Of a stretch of 64,000 nucleotides of DNA, positions 61,495 to 64,000 are shown piece after piece. A model generated the notes under the pieces. That model was given only the letters and a program-made list of their open reading frames with translations. It did not search any database and was not told the DNA's origin. Source of the stretch: Oikopleura dioica (taxonomy: Eukaryota; Animalia; Chordata). The DNA lies in the NCBI GenBank assembly GCA_907165135.1, contig OU015569.1, positions 4,464,001-4,528,000 on the forward strand, written 5' to 3'. Position numbers and translations under genes: made by a program. Every line of letters begins with the position of its first letter. Position 1 is the first letter of the stretch.

Positions 61495-61834
61495 CGTATG
61501 TTGCTTTTTTTCTCAAATTATACAACTCTCGTGGAATATGTGCAGCTTATATTTGCGCAAAAAGGGCCCTAGAGAGGGTCTTTAGCAATGATTATCCTCG
61601 AACCCCCGCAGCGTGTGACCTTGGTGGCGCTCTTTGGTTAGCGTAACTGGATATCCAGAATAACTTATTCTCATCGTGAATGATCCAACTGTAAATTGAA
61701 TAAAAGGATAAAGATAGACAAGGCTTGTCGGAAAAGCCATATCCGCGGAGATTTATGACCTGTGAAATAAGTAATAATCAAAAGAGGCGGTTGTACATGA
61801 ATTTCTTTATTGTCTTTTTGTGTTTAGTGAATAT

Positions 61835-63329
61835 TTAGAGGGTTCCAGATCTGGTGAACTGTGACTTGCTCCCAGTTGAACGTCTTATTTTCCTATCGCT
61901 AGCACCATGGGATAGCAACAGTTTGGCAGTGTCGTGATTTCCACAGGCATAAGCTTCATCTTGGGAAAAATTTAGCAATGAACGATATCTCTGGAAAATA
62001 CCTAATGGTGTCCAACCATCATCATTTCGATGGTTGATGTTTGCGCCTCTGTGAATCAAAAGTTGGATCATCTTTGTCTGTCCAAAGATGGCCGCTACAT
62101 GACAGGCGCTCTCTCCAAACGAATTCAGACTGTAAACAGCGCTTTTATCTGCATGAATGATATCTTCTGCTGCAGCGATGTTTCCCAACCTAAAATTAAC
62201 AAAAAATAAAAAAAGTATTAATGGACATCTGGAAAAAGCAACCTCTATTCGAAAACCTTTTGCAGATGGCTATCTTAGATAGCCTATCTACCCAATACAG
62301 GGGAAACTTGAGCTAGAATACAGCTGTTTCCGGATTTTTATCATGATTTCCCTCCTATAAAGACCAATAATACCCCACAGAGTGTGCCCCTGCGCGATGC
62401 TCTAAAGCGAAACATTATCAAATCCGCTAGGTGGTTCGAGGAAGTCCCCTATTTATCAAATAACAGTATATACGGTACATGATATACCAGGTACATGATA
62501 TACCAGATACATGATATACCTTGCGATTCCATGAATTGTATGGAGACCCCCGCTGTTGAGGAGAAGAATGCGCATGTCTATGTTTTCGTTTGGCACCAGA
62601 TCGAGCGAGCTTAGCCCCATATAGTTGATTCCATGTATCACGGACGGATCCAGCTCGAGCAGCATTGCAGCTGCTTTGATCCTGTTTGTGACGGCGAATA
62701 GATGAAGAAGATTGTTCCCGTCTTCATCTAAGTACGGACTCGATATTTTATACCTTCAGTTTATCAAAGAAAGGGAAAACTTATCTTGCTCAATTAATGT
62801 ATTTGGAAAAATTGAGCCGGACCTAGTGGTTCCGAAAAATATGACCGGAAGCGGAGCAGGACTCGTTTAAAAGACATTGATGAGGCGTTTTGGTTGTTGA
62901 GTCCCAAGTAAGCGACTGGTGGAAGGTGATCTTCTCGATCTGTAGAACGAGGCATTTTTGGGTAGAGAACATCTATAACATCCGCGGATACCCACTGGGA
63001 AGCGCATTTCATAAGAGCTTCAATATCGAGGTCATCACCATTGCTCTCCAAAATATCTCTTATCACCTGAAACTGATTAGCCCAAGCGTTCAGAAAACAA
63101 GTGATACCTTTGGATTGTTAGATTGGCAGCATTCGTAAGCTAAGTTGAAGAATTTTTCAGCGCGCCTAAGCGAGTCGGAATACATCGGTTGGTCTTCCTC
63201 GAGTTCAAGAGACATTTTCGCGGGATACTCATTTTGATCTTCGCGCAGAGTTATTTCCCCAAGAGGAACTGACGGTCCAAAATAAACCACGGGGTTGAGT
63301 AATTTTGGACTGAGTTCCATTTTCTTCAT
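61835..63329 (-). CDS. Ankyrin repeat protein
   Basis: DEDGNNLLHLFA; GESACHVAAIFGQTKMIQLLIHRGANINHRNDDGWTPL; GNHDTAKLLLSHGA. Confidence 0.85.
62475..62520. repeat. 16-bp tandem repeat x3 at a splice donor
   Basis: GTACATGATATACCAG repeated nearly three times. Confidence 0.85.
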
Positions 63330-63529
63330 TTGGTAGACAAGAATCAGTATAAAAAGCAGGTCAAAGACCGTGAAGACAACAAGGAGTTTGTCGAACCAGA
63401 AAAGGCAGCGGTAAGCGTTTTGGCTTTGGCAAGTTGTAGAAACTATTTGAGAGAAATCGTCTATTGTGAAGAATTTTGCTAGCTGTACTCTTTTCCGGGT
63501 TCCATTAATTTATTTCACAGCAGTTTCAA

Positions 63530-63965
63530 TTAATCAATTTCGATATTGTTGTCAAAAAATGAATAAACATATATAAATATAAAACCCAACCCAAATCGTA
63601 TTGTGTGAAGAAAACATAAACAAACATTTGAAGCTATCGTCAAGGCAAAGATAATCTGAAGATCTTTCGCCAAGCTGTGTAATTGCTTTGCAGCAAACTT
63701 GAAGTCATAGGAAAGCTCTGCGTACACGTGGCTCATCAGAAGGATACAAGTCGTTAGATGTCTAGGAGACGGAATACGGCTGAATTTTTCAATACCGAAA
63801 TATAGAAGCCACAGTTGAAGTAAATCCGATAAATTGAGCCAGACGCAGAAGTCAAGTGCTGGCTTGAGCTCACGCTCGGAACGAAATCTAGATAATGGCC
63901 GTGATGCTCTGATGCAGCCGACTGTAGGAAGTTTGTTTATGAGGAAAATGGACTGAAGTTATTCT
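63530..63965 (-). CDS. Last exon of a hydrophobic membrane protein whose 5' part is outside the window
   Basis: The open frame extends ~75 codons upstream of the 63530..63736 ORF; several hydrophobic stretches. Confidence 0.45.
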
Positions 63966-64000
63966 AGATAACAAACTTTCCTTGACACATAGAAAAGAAA

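Overview
This is eukaryotic genomic DNA from a very compact chordate-like genome, most likely the larvacean tunicate Oikopleura dioica. That call is inferred from the 35-55 nt introns, the GA-AG and GC-AG introns, and operon-like gene strings with a splice acceptor just before each ATG. About 27 genes are visible. Left half: a K2P channel, a PLA2-like secreted protein, Piezo, and a minus-strand string KATNIP-B9D2-GID8-coiled-coil-EXOC4-PSMC2. Middle: a haem peroxidase with three WxxW repeats, a divergent TGF-beta ligand, a PWWP protein, and SEC62 with an antisense class-3 lipase nested in an intron. Right half: RNASEH2B, a FARS2-unknown-MRPL30 string, a ZP-domain protein and an ankyrin protein. 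Two results stand out. (1) A 2.2-kb non-autonomous DNA transposon (8-bp TSD, CTAGG...CCTAG ends, with two more elements nested inside) sits in a coding exon. Its own ends supply a GT donor and an AG acceptor, so splicing would leave an in-frame 12-nt footprint. (2) Two small two-exon genes, missed or only partly shown by the ORF track, have neuropeptide-precursor architecture (signal peptide plus repeated KR/RR sites). Several apparent frameshifts fall in homopolymer runs and are probably assembly errors. All gene models were built by eye, so exon boundaries are approximate, and family assignments rest on remembered motifs rather than database searches.
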